Assembly: GCF_006345805.1 (NCBI RefSeq)
Contig: NW_021835925.1
Span: forward strand, 1 to 44,560
Length of the DNA: 44,560 nucleotides
From: Octopus sinensis
Lineage: Eukaryota
Direction of reading: 5' to 3'
Shown here: positions 25,645 through 37,390 of the stretch, one piece after another
How the letters are laid out: the number at the start of each line of letters is the position of its first letter
Position numbering within the stretch: position 1 is the stretch's first letter
Notes under the pieces: model-generated
Told to the model about the DNA's origin: nothing
The model's database searches: none
What the model saw: only the letters and a program-made list of their open reading frames with translations
Translations under genes and position numbers: made by a program

Positions 25645-25721
25645 GCGGCTGAAGAAGGCCACAGACATACATTATGCATTGTTATAAATCTGTCTATAAA
25701 GGCCCGAAACATAAGTACCGC
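25645..25721 (+). ncRNA. Type I hammerhead ribozyme, second copy with broken stem III palindrome
   Basis: GCGG CTGAAGA AGGCC...AGGCCC GAAA CATAAGTA CCGC; one T>A in stem III and a TACCGC duplication just downstream. Confidence 0.75.
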
Positions 25722-25966
25722 TACCGCTGAATCCTTCGCATCATGTTTTTATTTTATTTTGATCAATTTACTCCACCACCTACACCACTAAACGGTATAC
25801 ACAGGTGCTTATAATTATCAAGTACTCACCCCGAATTTCTACATATATATATATATATATATATACATATATGTTATAAATTATATATATTATGCTATAA
25901 TTTATAATACGCACACACACACATATATGTGCGTGCGTATGTGTGTGTGTGTTTTAAATTAGAACA

Positions 25967-26106
25967 TTAGAACGAATAGTAAAAGGTTATCATAGCACTG
26001 GGAGTTTCGAATGACGGAGCGAAAACCTACGATACATTCTCGTCGGCTATTAATGGCATTCGAAACTCCGAGTACCATCATGACAACCTTTCACTGTTCG
26101 TTCTAA
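25967..26106. mobile_element. 140 bp MITE-like element with 47-50 bp imperfect TIRs
   Basis: 25967-26013 versus reverse complement of 26057-26106: 5 mismatches and 3 gap positions; possible TA duplication. Confidence 0.7.
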
Positions 26107-26433
26107 ATTATAACATATATAAATAATTCTGTATTTCTCTAATATCGAAGTCTCATTCTTTTGTTATATATATTTATATTAATATTTATATATATATATG
26201 AATATACATTTTCATATATAAAGATTTATATACACACATGTATATATAAATATATATGAATATGTATATGTATGAACGTTTTGCTGTGTATGTGTACACA
26301 CACCACTAACTAAAGTGCACATCGTACACCGAATCGATATTTCTTTAAGTACATTGCGCAGTGATAAAACTGCAGTGCCGCTAAATATAAGACGGCAAAC
26401 ATAGCTGTAATAATAATAATAATAATAATAATA

Positions 26434-26476
<43 letters not shown>

Positions 26477-26910
26477 CAAAAAAAGAAATACCGTTAATAA
26501 TGTAACCATTAGTATCACTTTCGTTATTAATATGGAATAATTGTAAAAAATGGCGTGCAGTGTCTCCTTTCACTCAACGTTATATTTTTATTATTTTTTT
26601 GTTTTTAGTTCGAGTTCCGACGAGGTCAGCTTTGCTTGTATTCCTCCCAGAGATTTATGAATTATAGTACTACTGATGTTCCGTAGTCGAGGCCATTGAC
26701 TTGTCCTTTCCGTCAAAATATTCGGTTGCTGCATAATTATTGCGGCTATTTTTCAACAAATCTTATTCAACAAAAACAATAACAACATGTAACAAAAACA
26801 TCTTCAAATGATTATTCGGAGTATATTCACCAGATACTTCAATTACTGTTTCCCATTTGCTTCGCTGACGGTCAGACCGCCATTTAAAGATGTTTTTGTT
26901 AAAAATTGTT

Positions 26911-27028
26911 ACTTTGCCTTTCATCCTTTCGGGGTCGATAGATTAAGCACCAGTGAAACACTGGGGTCGATGTAATCGACTAGTCTCCTCCCCACAAATT
27001 TCAGGCCCTGTGCCTACACTAGCAAGGC
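26911..27028 (+). mobile_element. SINE family C 3' part (tail-beta)
   Basis: actttgcctttcatcctttcggggtcgat...aaatttcaggccctgtgcc. Confidence 0.85.
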
Positions 27029-27029
<1 letters not shown>

Positions 27030-27062
<33 letters not shown>

Positions 27063-27145
27063 GAATATTTGTTGTAGTTGTAGCAACAGCAGCAGTAGTA
27101 ATAGAATTATGATCTTCATTGTCAACAGTTTATCATTATTATTTC

Positions 27146-27235
<90 letters not shown>

Positions 27236-27439
27236 ATTATTATTATTTTATTATAATATCCTTATTATCATTAATTATCATTATTATTATTATTATTATT
27301 ATTATAATTATCCTTATTATCATATCATTATTATTATTATATTATTATTATATTTTATTACGATATTTGTTGTATGTAGCAACAGCAGCAGTAGTAATAG
27401 AATTATGATTTTCATTGTCAACAGTTATCATTATTATTC

Positions 27440-27483
<44 letters not shown>

Positions 27484-27484
27484 T

Positions 27485-27516
<32 letters not shown>

Positions 27517-27545
27517 ATTATTATTATATTATTATCATTATCCTT

Positions 27546-27586
<41 letters not shown>

Positions 27587-27692
27587 TATAATTATCCTTA
27601 TTATATTATTATTATTATTATTATTATTATCATCATAATAATAATAATAATTATTATTATTATTATCATAATTATTATTATTATCTTTCATA

Positions 27693-27728
<36 letters not shown>

Positions 27729-27913
27729 ATTATCATTATCATTATATATATTATTATTATTATTATTATTATTTTCTATATCATATCATTATCATTATTA
27801 TTATATTATTATTATTATCAAATTATTTTATTATCATCATAATTATTATTATTATTATTTTATTCATTCTATTATCATTATTATTATTATTATATATTAT
27901 TATTATTATTATG

Positions 27914-27957
<44 letters not shown>

Positions 27958-27960
27958 GTT
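27030..27960. repeat. (ATT)n-rich array containing a 299 bp tandem duplication
   Basis: Unique anchor atatttgttgta...tgtcaacagt occurs at 27061 and 27360. Confidence 0.9.
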
Positions 27961-28159
27961 TTGGTCAAAATATTAAAAATTGTCAAAGTGTAGTAGAACG
28001 GATTTGTTATGGAATGGTGGAACTATTTTTTTCGTTTTCTGAAAAAGCAGCGTTTTGGACTTATGACGCTTTTGCATAATAACAAAGATATATATGCATA
28101 TTCTTTTACTTTTCAATTTTTTTAGTATATATATACTAAAAAATGCATAGATATACATA

Positions 28160-28538
28160 CATATATATGTTTGCATGTATTTATGTATGTATGTATTTAT
28201 GTATGTATGTATGTATGTATGCATGTATGTGTGTGTATGTATGTATGTATGTATGTATGTATGTATGTATGTATGTATGTATGTATGTATCTATGTAGGT
28301 ATGCAGTTGAATCACCTCCAGGCTTCAGATAACATTCGTATCATCATTCCACTCTTAATACATGTGAGACATGAAACAATTGGTTGCATCGTAGAGAGAA
28401 TAAATAAATATATATGAATAAATTGTATTTCAACTCAATCTATTGAACAATTTATTTACACACATAAATTTTCGCAAACACACACATACATGCACATATA
28501 AGTATTCTTCGGCATATATAAATACCTAGATGTATGTA

Positions 28539-28619
<81 letters not shown>

Positions 28620-28695
28620 GAGTGTGTGTATAGGTATATATATGTATATTATGTATAAATATAAAAACTTATATATATAATATGTGTGTGTGTCC

Positions 28696-28734
<39 letters not shown>

Positions 28735-29246
28735 TACGTAATGCAATAGATCATTACTTCTGGTGATAACTTTGCAGTTCCTGCAAAACATCTCCACCGA
28801 AGATGATGATGTTGTCAGTGTTGTTGTTGGCGTAGGCGTAGTTGTTGTGCCGTCAGCTGATGATGGGCAACTTCCTCACATTAATCATATTGGACTGAAT
28901 ATAAACATATATAACTATATGTATATATACATATATATACATATCAATCTATGTGTGCAAATATATATATATATAGTATATAATATTATATATATATTAT
29001 GTATATATTGTATATAATATATGTATATCGATATATATATATAGTATATATATAAATTATATATATATATAATATATACCACAATATATATAAATATATG
29101 TATATACATATGTATATATATATAAATATTCATTACGTAAGTCTCTCTCTCTCTCTCTGTATTTTATCTATCTATCTATCTATCTATTTATACCTGTCTG
29201 TCTTTTTGTCCGTTTGTATATATGTATATATATGTATATATGTATG

Positions 29247-29279
<33 letters not shown>

Positions 29280-29486
29280 ATATATATGTATATGTCTATA
29301 TATATATATGTATATATGTATATATGTATATATATATATGTATATATGTATATATATATGTATATATGTATATATATATGTATATATGTATATATATATA
29401 TGTGATGTGTATATATATATATATATATACATAAATATATATACATACACACATACACACATATATGTATGTATGTACACGTCTAA

Positions 29487-29517
<31 letters not shown>

Positions 29518-29520
29518 TGT
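28160..29520. repeat. (TATG)/(TA)/(TG) microsatellite blocks with short unique interruptions
   Basis: Direct. Confidence 0.85.
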
Positions 29521-29824
29521 TGATGCTTGTATGCGCACGCGCGCATGTGTGTATGTGTGTAATAATATATGCAACATGAAATTCGCAAAACGAAGCGAAG
29601 GAAATACAAAGATGCAAAACAACAACAAACAAAGGTAAACAAAAGAAAACCAAGAACAAAATGAAGAAATAAATAAGTGGACGATGAAATACTATAAACT
29701 GTACTGAAGATTTCTAACCACCACCCCACCGTTTCCGGACACCAACCCTGTCCTGCCCTCCTCGTTCGAAATTTTGATTGCAAATGGGAAATGGCGATTT
29801 GTTTGTTGTAGGTAAATAAATAAT

Positions 29825-30783
29825 GACTCTTACGAAGATGGGGACGATGACGGCGACTGCGACGGAGACCGAGACGGAGACGATGATAGTGAAGATGCAG
29901 ATGGTGATGACGATAACGACGACGATGATAATGATGATGATGCAGATGATGATGATGATGACGACAATGACTTCTACAACGACAACGGCGATGATAATGA
30001 TGATGATAATGATGATGCAGATGGTGATGACGACGACGACGATGATGATGATGATGATGAAGATGATGATAATGATGATGATGATGGTGATGATGGTGAT
30101 GATGGTGAAGATGATGATGATGATGATGATGATGGTGATGATAATGATGATGCAGATGGTGATGACGACGACGACGATGATGATGATGATGATGATGATA
30201 ATGATGATGAAGATGACGATGACAAGGATGACGATGACTGCAACGACGACGATAATAATGATGATGCAGATGGTGATAACGACGACGATGACGACGACGA
30301 CGATGACGACGACGACGCGATGATGATGATGATGATGATGATGAGGAGGATAATGGTGATGACGTTGAACACGATGACGACAGTGATGATGAAGATGATG
30401 ATGACGATAACGACGATGATGACAACGACGATGATGATGATGATGATGATGCAGACGATGACGACGACGAGGATGACGACGACGATGATGATAATCATGA
30501 TGATGATGATAACGATGACGAAGACGAAGACGACGATAACTGCGACGACGACAATGGTAATGATGATGATACTGACGATGACCACGATCACGATGACTGC
30601 GACGACAACGACCACGACGATAAAAGTGATGATGAAGATGACGATGACAACGACGATGATGGTGGTGGTTATGGTGATGAGGATGACGATGAAGATGAAG
30701 ATGACGATGATGAATATGGTGACGGTGGCGATGTAGATAATGATGAGGATGATGATGATGATGACGACGACGACGACGACGAC

Positions 30784-30839
<56 letters not shown>

Positions 30840-30900
30840 CGACGATGATGATGATGATAATGATGATTATGATGATGACGACGACGACGATTATGATACT
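29825..30900. repeat. About 1.1 kb degenerate (GAT/GAC)n array
   Basis: Direct; gcagatggtgat motif recurs several times. Confidence 0.95.
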
Positions 30901-31095
30901 GCTTGTGATGAGCTTCTAGACTCATCGTCTATGATGAGCCACTAGTCCACCAACTGGTGGACGATAGTGGCCTCTTTTACTTCTCAACTTCTCCGGTTTA
31001 CAAACGTAAGTTCAGAGTAGGCCCATTCACACGGGCTATCCTCGTAACATTCATCCATCTTTATAATAATAATAATAATAATAACAATAATAATA

Positions 31096-31146
<51 letters not shown>

Positions 31147-31173
31147 TAATAATAATAATAATAATAATGATAA

Positions 31174-31700
31174 TTTCTGATCTTAACTGATTGGAAGTGT
31201 TATCATGTACATTGTTTTGTCTTGGTATAAAAGATGGGCTACAGCAAATATTCTGCTTAATACCACAGATTTGCTTGTCAGTTGTTTGACCTTAACCAGT
31301 TGAACATATTCCTTAGTGGCTGACAATATGTGCATCTCTGATCACGAGCAGAAGTAGTGGGGGAGCATCATAGCCATGTGTTGAGAGGAATTCTTTGGAG
31401 TTTGGATAATTCACCTTTGGAAACATGGGTATTTCATTCAACATTCATAAGCAACCCTTATTTAGGGACCTTTTGAGCAGGATGGGTTACTTGACCAGAA
31501 GAAAATTCTAACTGGGGATCCACCAGCAAGGTCATGTGCTGTTTATCTTGATATGAGATCACCATGTCACACACATATGGTTGTGATGCATGTGCCTGGT
31601 GTACCCTTATCAGACGGGTCGTCATGATGGGTATATTGGGCTTCGTATATTGTACCCCAGTGTCACTTTGATGGCACATGAAACCTGCTCTCTCACTCAA
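31174..31700. mobile_element. About 527 bp non-coding interspersed element inserted in (TAA)n
   Basis: Complex sequence with sharp boundaries against (AAT)n on both sides; recalled as a common octopus repeat; no Pol III boxes or credible ORF seen. Confidence 0.65.
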
Positions 31701-31717
31701 TAATAATAATATTAATA

Positions 31718-31752
<35 letters not shown>

Positions 31753-31785
31753 TTACTAATAATAATAATAATAATAATAATAATA

Positions 31786-32116
31786 TTTGATATTGTGTAC
31801 ACATTTGAGATAGAAGTAGTCAAGCAAACATGGGCATAGCTGCATTGTGGAAAATGAAGAAGGTAAAGGTAAGGCCAATTATTGTTGGGTCGTTGGGATC
31901 AGTGTCAGAAGGCAACCAGGTGAATATAAAGGTAAATGGAATAGAGTGCTTGGTAGAACTGTTACAAGAGGTTCGCGTGTTTGGCACGGCAAGAATTACC
32001 AGGAAAGTATTAGAAAGCTGGGAAGATTAGGATAGCATGGTGTCGCAGGTCTGCGGGTAGGAAGCTCGATACGCATGCAAGACTCAAGGAGTTTCGATAA
32101 GACTTGTGTTGAAAGA
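31786..32116 (+). mobile_element. R4/Dong-clade 3' fragment
   Basis: IAALWKMKKVKVRPIIVGSLGSVS...ELLQEVRVFGTARITRKVLESWED*; preceded by (AAT)n. Confidence 0.85.
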
Positions 32117-32119
32117 ATA

Positions 32120-32129
32120 ATGACGATGA

Positions 32130-32160
<31 letters not shown>

Positions 32161-32237
32161 GATGGTGATGATAATGAAGATGGTGATGATGATGATGATA
32201 ATAGTAATTATGTTAATGTCGATGATGGTGATGATGG

Positions 32238-32268
<31 letters not shown>

Positions 32269-32422
32269 AATGATGATGACGATGATGATGATGATGGTAA
32301 TTATGATGATGATGATAATGGTGATGATGATGGTGATAATGAGGATGATAATGATGATGACGATGATGATGCTGATGATAATTATGATGATGATGATGCT
32401 GATGATGATGAAGGTGATGATG

Positions 32423-32457
<35 letters not shown>

Positions 32458-33240
32458 CAATTTCCTAATGACTGTTACCCTCTGGCCATACTGGTAGTGT
32501 TTGTGATGCTAGATATAGCGTCGTTGGTAGTGATTGTTTTGGAGGTGGCCACGGTGGGGATGTTGGTAGCCCTTGTCTGTAGTGATGCGAGTCTTGCTAG
32601 GGGTAGTGGTGGTAGTGGTGATGGTAGTGGCAGGTAAAAGGAGTAGTGTACATGATAGCATTTCTGGTGGTGGTGGTGGTGGTGGTTTTGCAGTGGTGTG
32701 ATGTTGATGGTAGTGAGGATGATGATGTTGGTAGTGGCGATTTGATGGTGGTGGTGGCAGCGGTGTGGTGGTGGTGGTGGTTTTTGGATTGTTTATGATA
32801 TAGCGACACTTGTCCAGGAGATGGCAGCACTAATGGTGAGGATTGTTGTTGTGGTGGTGGTGTTGGTGGTCATACAAGTGATGATACCGTGGTGGTGGTA
32901 GCAGTGGAGGTGGTAGTGGTGTTGCCGACGTTCGTGATAGTCCACGAGATGGAAGTGGCTTTGGTTTTTAGTGTGGGCGATCCTAGTGGCGGCGGCGGCG
33001 ACGGCGGCGCCTGTGGAAATGGTAATAGCAGACTTGGTTTCCTTGGTGTTGGCGGTGGCCATGGAGAATAAAGGTGGCGGCGGTGGTGGTGGTGTTGTCG
33101 ATTGAGATGATCTTACCGAATTGATTGCTTTGGTAGTAGCGGTGGTTGTGTTGATGGCTGGTTGCGGTGCTGATGGTGGCAGAGATAGTAACTACAGTGA
33201 CTGTAAGATGTGGTTGCGGTGATCGCTATGGCGGCGGTGG
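32120..33240. repeat. (GAT)n array grading into GGT-rich cryptic trinucleotide sequence
   Basis: Direct. Confidence 0.85.
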
Positions 33241-33369
33241 TTGCATCGCTGTTCACCGTGGTCATTGCATTAGTATTTACTGTCAGGTGTACATGCCATT
33301 AATTGTGCAACTGTGAAGTGTTGGTGCACGTTACACAAAATGCAACATTACTTTAAAGTAGTCTCCGCT

Positions 33370-33812
33370 ATTATCATCATCATCATTATTATTATCATTA
33401 TTATTATTATTATTATTATCATTATTATTATTATTATATTATTATTATTATATTATTATTATTCTTATTATTATTATTATTATTATCATTATTATTATTA
33501 TATTATTATTATTATTATTATTTCATTATATTATTATATTATCATTATTATTATTATCATTATTATTATTATCATTATTATTTATTATATTATTATTATT
33601 ATTATTATTATCATTATTATTATTATCATTATTATTATTATTATTATATTATTATTATTATTATTATCATCCATATTTATTATTATTATTATATCATCAT
33701 CATTATTATTATTATTATCATTATTATTATTATTATTATTTATTATTATCATTATTATTATTATTATTATTCTATTATTATTTATTATTATTCATTATTT
33801 TTATCATTATTA

Positions 33813-33848
<36 letters not shown>

Positions 33849-33899
33849 CATTATTATTATTATTATTATATTATTATATTATTATCATTATTATTATTA

Positions 33900-33950
<51 letters not shown>

Positions 33951-33955
33951 CATCG
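33370..33955. repeat. (ATT/ATC)n array
   Basis: Direct. Confidence 0.95.
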
Positions 33956-34247
33956 TCCTCCATATTGTCATTTATTCGAAGCCACACAAACTAAATATAT
34001 TGGAACATAAAAATGCTTTCAAGTCGAAGAAAAAGACGAAGAACAAAAACAAACACACAAACAAACAAAAAACTGTAAAAGACAAATAAATAAAAATACG
34101 ACATTCTTCCTGTTGAGATAAACAACACCAATAACAACAACAACAATACAATAACGATAACCATAACAACAACAACAATTATAATGATTCGCATCGATAT
34201 GAATATTAATGCTTTTGCGTTCATTTTTACCTTTACTATCATTATTA

Positions 34248-34288
<41 letters not shown>

Positions 34289-34304
34289 TATCATTATACT
34301 ATTA

Positions 34305-34352
<48 letters not shown>

Positions 34353-34674
34353 TAGAACAGCGTAATGTTTTTAAATTTGCGATGGTGTATTTGTTTTAAT
34401 GTCTAACTTTTAGATGACGGTGACGGCTTAGTAGAACGTTTAGGGACATTGAATCAATTACCTTGTGGTATTTTCCGAGGGCGTGGTGCCTTCCGCGGTT
34501 CAAATTCACTTGATGGCTCCTTCCTCTTCATCCAATCGTGATTCGTAAATAAGCTAATAGCCTAATGAAGAAAACGATGATTTTTTTTTTCTGTCTTAAA
34601 CTTTCGTAATTGGCAGTAACAAGATGATAAATTGTAAAAAAAAAAAAAAAAAAAAAAAAATTACAAAAAGCAAT

Positions 34675-34910
34675 GGCGCAATGGCCCAGTGTTAGGGCAG
34701 CGGACTTGCGGTCGGAGGATCGCGGTTTCGATTCCAGACCGGCGTTGTGTGTGTTATTGAGCGAAAACACCTAAAAGCTCCACGAGGCTCCGGCAGGGGA
34801 TGGTTGTGATCCCTGCTGTACTCTTTCACCACTCTAAAGGCGGTGTGCTCCAGCATGGCCGCAGTCAAATGACTGGAACAAGTACAAAAAAAAAAAAAAA
34901 AAAAAAAAAA
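34675..34910 (+). mobile_element. Chimeric SINE: family B tRNA-like head fused to family A 3' tail, with poly(A)
   Basis: A box tggcccagtg, B box ggtttcgattcc, body to ctctttcaccac, then ctaaaggcgg...gcagtcaaatgactg and an A-run. Confidence 0.88.
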
Positions 34911-35207
34911 GCAAAAATATATTTCAGTGTAAGCAACAGGAAACCGACTACGATGTTTCCCCCACAGAAATCCCGTAAGAATCTCATCGGCATTGTAAAC
35001 AAAGTCGTCAAAGAACACTTGTCGATCTTATGGTAACATCATCTGTCATAAACACACACACAGAAACAAATATAGATATATATGTGCGTATGTATATGTA
35101 TGTTTATATATACACATCTGCATGTGTGTGTGTGGATATTTATACATATAAATATAAATAAATATATATATATATATGTGTGTGTAAGTATATATACATG
35201 TATATAA

Positions 35208-35560
35208 AGGAATACAAAAAATGAGAGAAGAACGCAAAACATCCAGACAGTTAGATGATACAAAAAGGGACAAGAATGAACAAGGACGGGTCATTCTGAG
35301 TTTTTTCCTCGGTCGAGTTCAAGATTATCTTTGCAATTTCGGCTGGTTAACCTTGAGATTGCTCCAATCTGGCCAACCCCAAGGAAAAACTAAGCTAAGA
35401 GCACTGGATTCTTTGGAAGAAAGCAGCGAATGTATACGAAATCAAGGTATGTATCGGAGAAATGGTACACACATACAAATGCAAATAACAGGCCATAACA
35501 ACAGGTGTCTTTCGACTAAGGACGAATTAAATTAAGCTGGCGTGTGTGGAAGTAAAGCCT
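35208..35560 (-). mobile_element. Interspersed repeat homologous to 22004-22434
   Basis: cgggtcattct...atttcgg...cttgagat...ctaagagca...gaaagc.agcgaatgt shared with 22110-22260; strand inferred from that copy. Confidence 0.6.
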
Positions 35561-36001
35561 TACGGCAGGGACATTACAGATGACAGGCATGGGGAGAAAT
35601 ATAGATGTTGCACGGATGGTAGTCGAACCAAGAAAGAAAGGTCAGGCTTGGCCAAACACCGGTCACGCGGGGAGAGAGGAGAGAGATAGAGACAGAAGGA
35701 TAAAAGAATTGGAGCGGGACGAGAAAAAAGAAAGGAGACAGAGTTAAGTGAAAGAGGAGGAGGGAAGGTGAGAATAAAGAGAAAGCCAGGAAATGTGAGA
35801 GAGGGGGAATGAAAGAAGGAAGAGTGGAAAGAACGAAGTAAGTGTGAAGGGGCTGATAGAAAGGAAGAATGAAAGAATGTTGCCTTTTATTCTTCCTGGA
35901 TCTATATAAAAACTGCTCTATATTGAAGAGATGAGGAATTATGTACATTATTTACATTATTTACATTCGACGGATAGTTGTCCTCATCTTGTTTGTTGCT
36001 A

Positions 36002-36045
36002 ACACAACATTTCGGCTGATATACCCTCCAGCCTTCATCAGGTGT
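36002..36045 (-). ncRNA. Minimal type I hammerhead ribozyme motif
   Basis: ACAC CTGATGA A GGCTG gagggtatat CAGCC GAAA TGT T GTGT: stems I and II perfect; stem III ACGT palindrome reads ATGT (CpG-type change). Confidence 0.8.
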
Positions 36046-36103
36046 CTTGGGGGAAATTTCAAACCTGGGTTCTCATTCCTAAGATATGTTTCGATATTAT
36101 TAA

Positions 36104-36178
<75 letters not shown>

Positions 36179-36180
<2 letters not shown>

Positions 36181-36402
36181 TATGTTTGACTTTTGCTTTA
36201 TGTTTGTACAAGTTGGCTCCAAGTCTCACCCAGAGACCTCAAGAGACAACAGGTTGGAAGTTCACGTTGTTGTTATGCCTAGTGTGCCATATATTGTTTT
36301 TTTTTTGCTGTTGTACTAGTGAATGTCTAATAAATAAATTTTAAAAAAAGTTTGTTTTAAAACTTGGGATTACATAGAGAGTATATTGCGTAAGATATGA
36401 GC
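36179..36402 (-). mobile_element. R4/Dong-clade extreme 3' end inserted in (TAA)n
   Basis: AHILRNILSM* (stop 36370-36372) matches HILRKILSI* and HVLRRALSM* of copies B and D; about 190 bp 3' UTR; (ATT)n both sides. Confidence 0.8.
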
Positions 36403-36458
<56 letters not shown>

Positions 36459-36819
36459 TATTGTTGTTGTTGTTATTGTTATTCAAGGTGCAGGCTGGAA
36501 TCGAACTCGGAATCTTGCGGTTAGTAGCCATATGACCATGGGCTCTAAATTTGTTCTCCTAATATATACCTGGTAAATGTATGCATATATTGGTATATGT
36601 ACGCAAGTATTTATCGGTATGTATATATAGTTCTGACTTCTAAATCGTCGGTATATTCTAGTGAAGAGTGAAACCTAATTTTTATTACAAAACACCAAAT
36701 CTTAAAATATAGAGTTGTCCAAAATTTTGGGCAACTCTATATTTTCCTAACATTTTCTTTCTTTTAGACTTTATTCCTCACTCTGTTTTTAAATTTTCGC
36801 CCGTACCTTATCTATTAGA

Positions 36820-37145
36820 TGTGCTTGAAAGCTTACAAGGTATTCATGCTGCCAGACATTTCAGTTTACTTTCGCGCAGCAGGAGAGTTTTAACTGGCTT
36901 TTTCCTGGTTTCTTATTCCTTTGAAATTCCTCTTTCGATATTCGCCATTAGCACACATCTTCTTGTGGTATTTACAAATTCTCAAAAGTGTCACCTTATT
37001 GTCATCAACAAATTTATAAATGTTCTTGTCCATTTCTCCGCATTCAGCCTTGTTCCAAAAAGGAGAGCAAATTTAGAGTGGTTTGTTGACATTTGACATC
37101 TATTGCTTGCCTATTGGCGTTGTCCTTCCAGCGTCCTTAATTATA
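36820..37145. mobile_element. Unclassified element fragment ending in ccttaattata next to (TA)n
   Basis: Terminal motif shared with the palindrome at 37391-37554; interrupted Cys/His-containing minus frame. Confidence 0.35.
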
Positions 37146-37172
37146 ATTATATATTTATAATTATACAGTTAA

Positions 37173-37211
<39 letters not shown>

Positions 37212-37246
37212 ATACACATACATAGATACATAGATACGTATATACG

Positions 37247-37279
<33 letters not shown>

Positions 37280-37390
37280 TATTATATATATATATACACA
37301 TACATAGATACATAGATAGTATATACGTATATATATATATATATATAATATATATATATATATTATATATATATATATATATATACATCA

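Larger units (their letters stand above)
23883..25767. mobile_element. 1.9 kb inverted-repeat element with hammerheads, probably an inverted Penelope-like pLTR pair
   Basis: Arms 23883-24700 and 24932-25767 are reverse complements (roughly 96-97% by eye), 231 bp spacer, no ORF, no clear TSD. Confidence 0.8.
35941..36545 (-). mobile_element. Putative composite SINE: tRNA-like head, (TAA)n linker, hammerhead body, tandem tail; interrupted by an R4/Dong fragment
   Basis: B box GAGTTCGATTCC (36497-36508), TAA arrays, hammerhead 36002-36045, (ATGTAAATA)-type tandem tail at 35941-35967, all on the minus strand. Confidence 0.65.

Noticed and set aside
23883-25767. Explanation of the inverted repeat as a read fold-back artefact
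   Set aside because: Not favoured because both outer flanks and the 231 bp spacer are unique, but it cannot be excluded without reads
25830-25838. 9 nt minus-strand microexon with gtgagt donor
   Set aside because: Acceptor sits in a (TA)n run with no pyrimidine tract
28730-28875. C2H2 zinc finger-like minus frame ...MFCRNCKVITRSNDLLHYVRTHT
   Set aside because: Spacing is non-canonical, the final His comes from the (CA)n microsatellite, and there is a stop upstream with no usable acceptor
34675-34745. tRNA gene
   Set aside because: A and B boxes are present but there is no complete acceptor stem or terminator, and it continues into a SINE body
35330-35395. Stem followed by GAAA on the minus strand (also at 22150-22200)
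   Set aside because: No CUGANGA half in either copy
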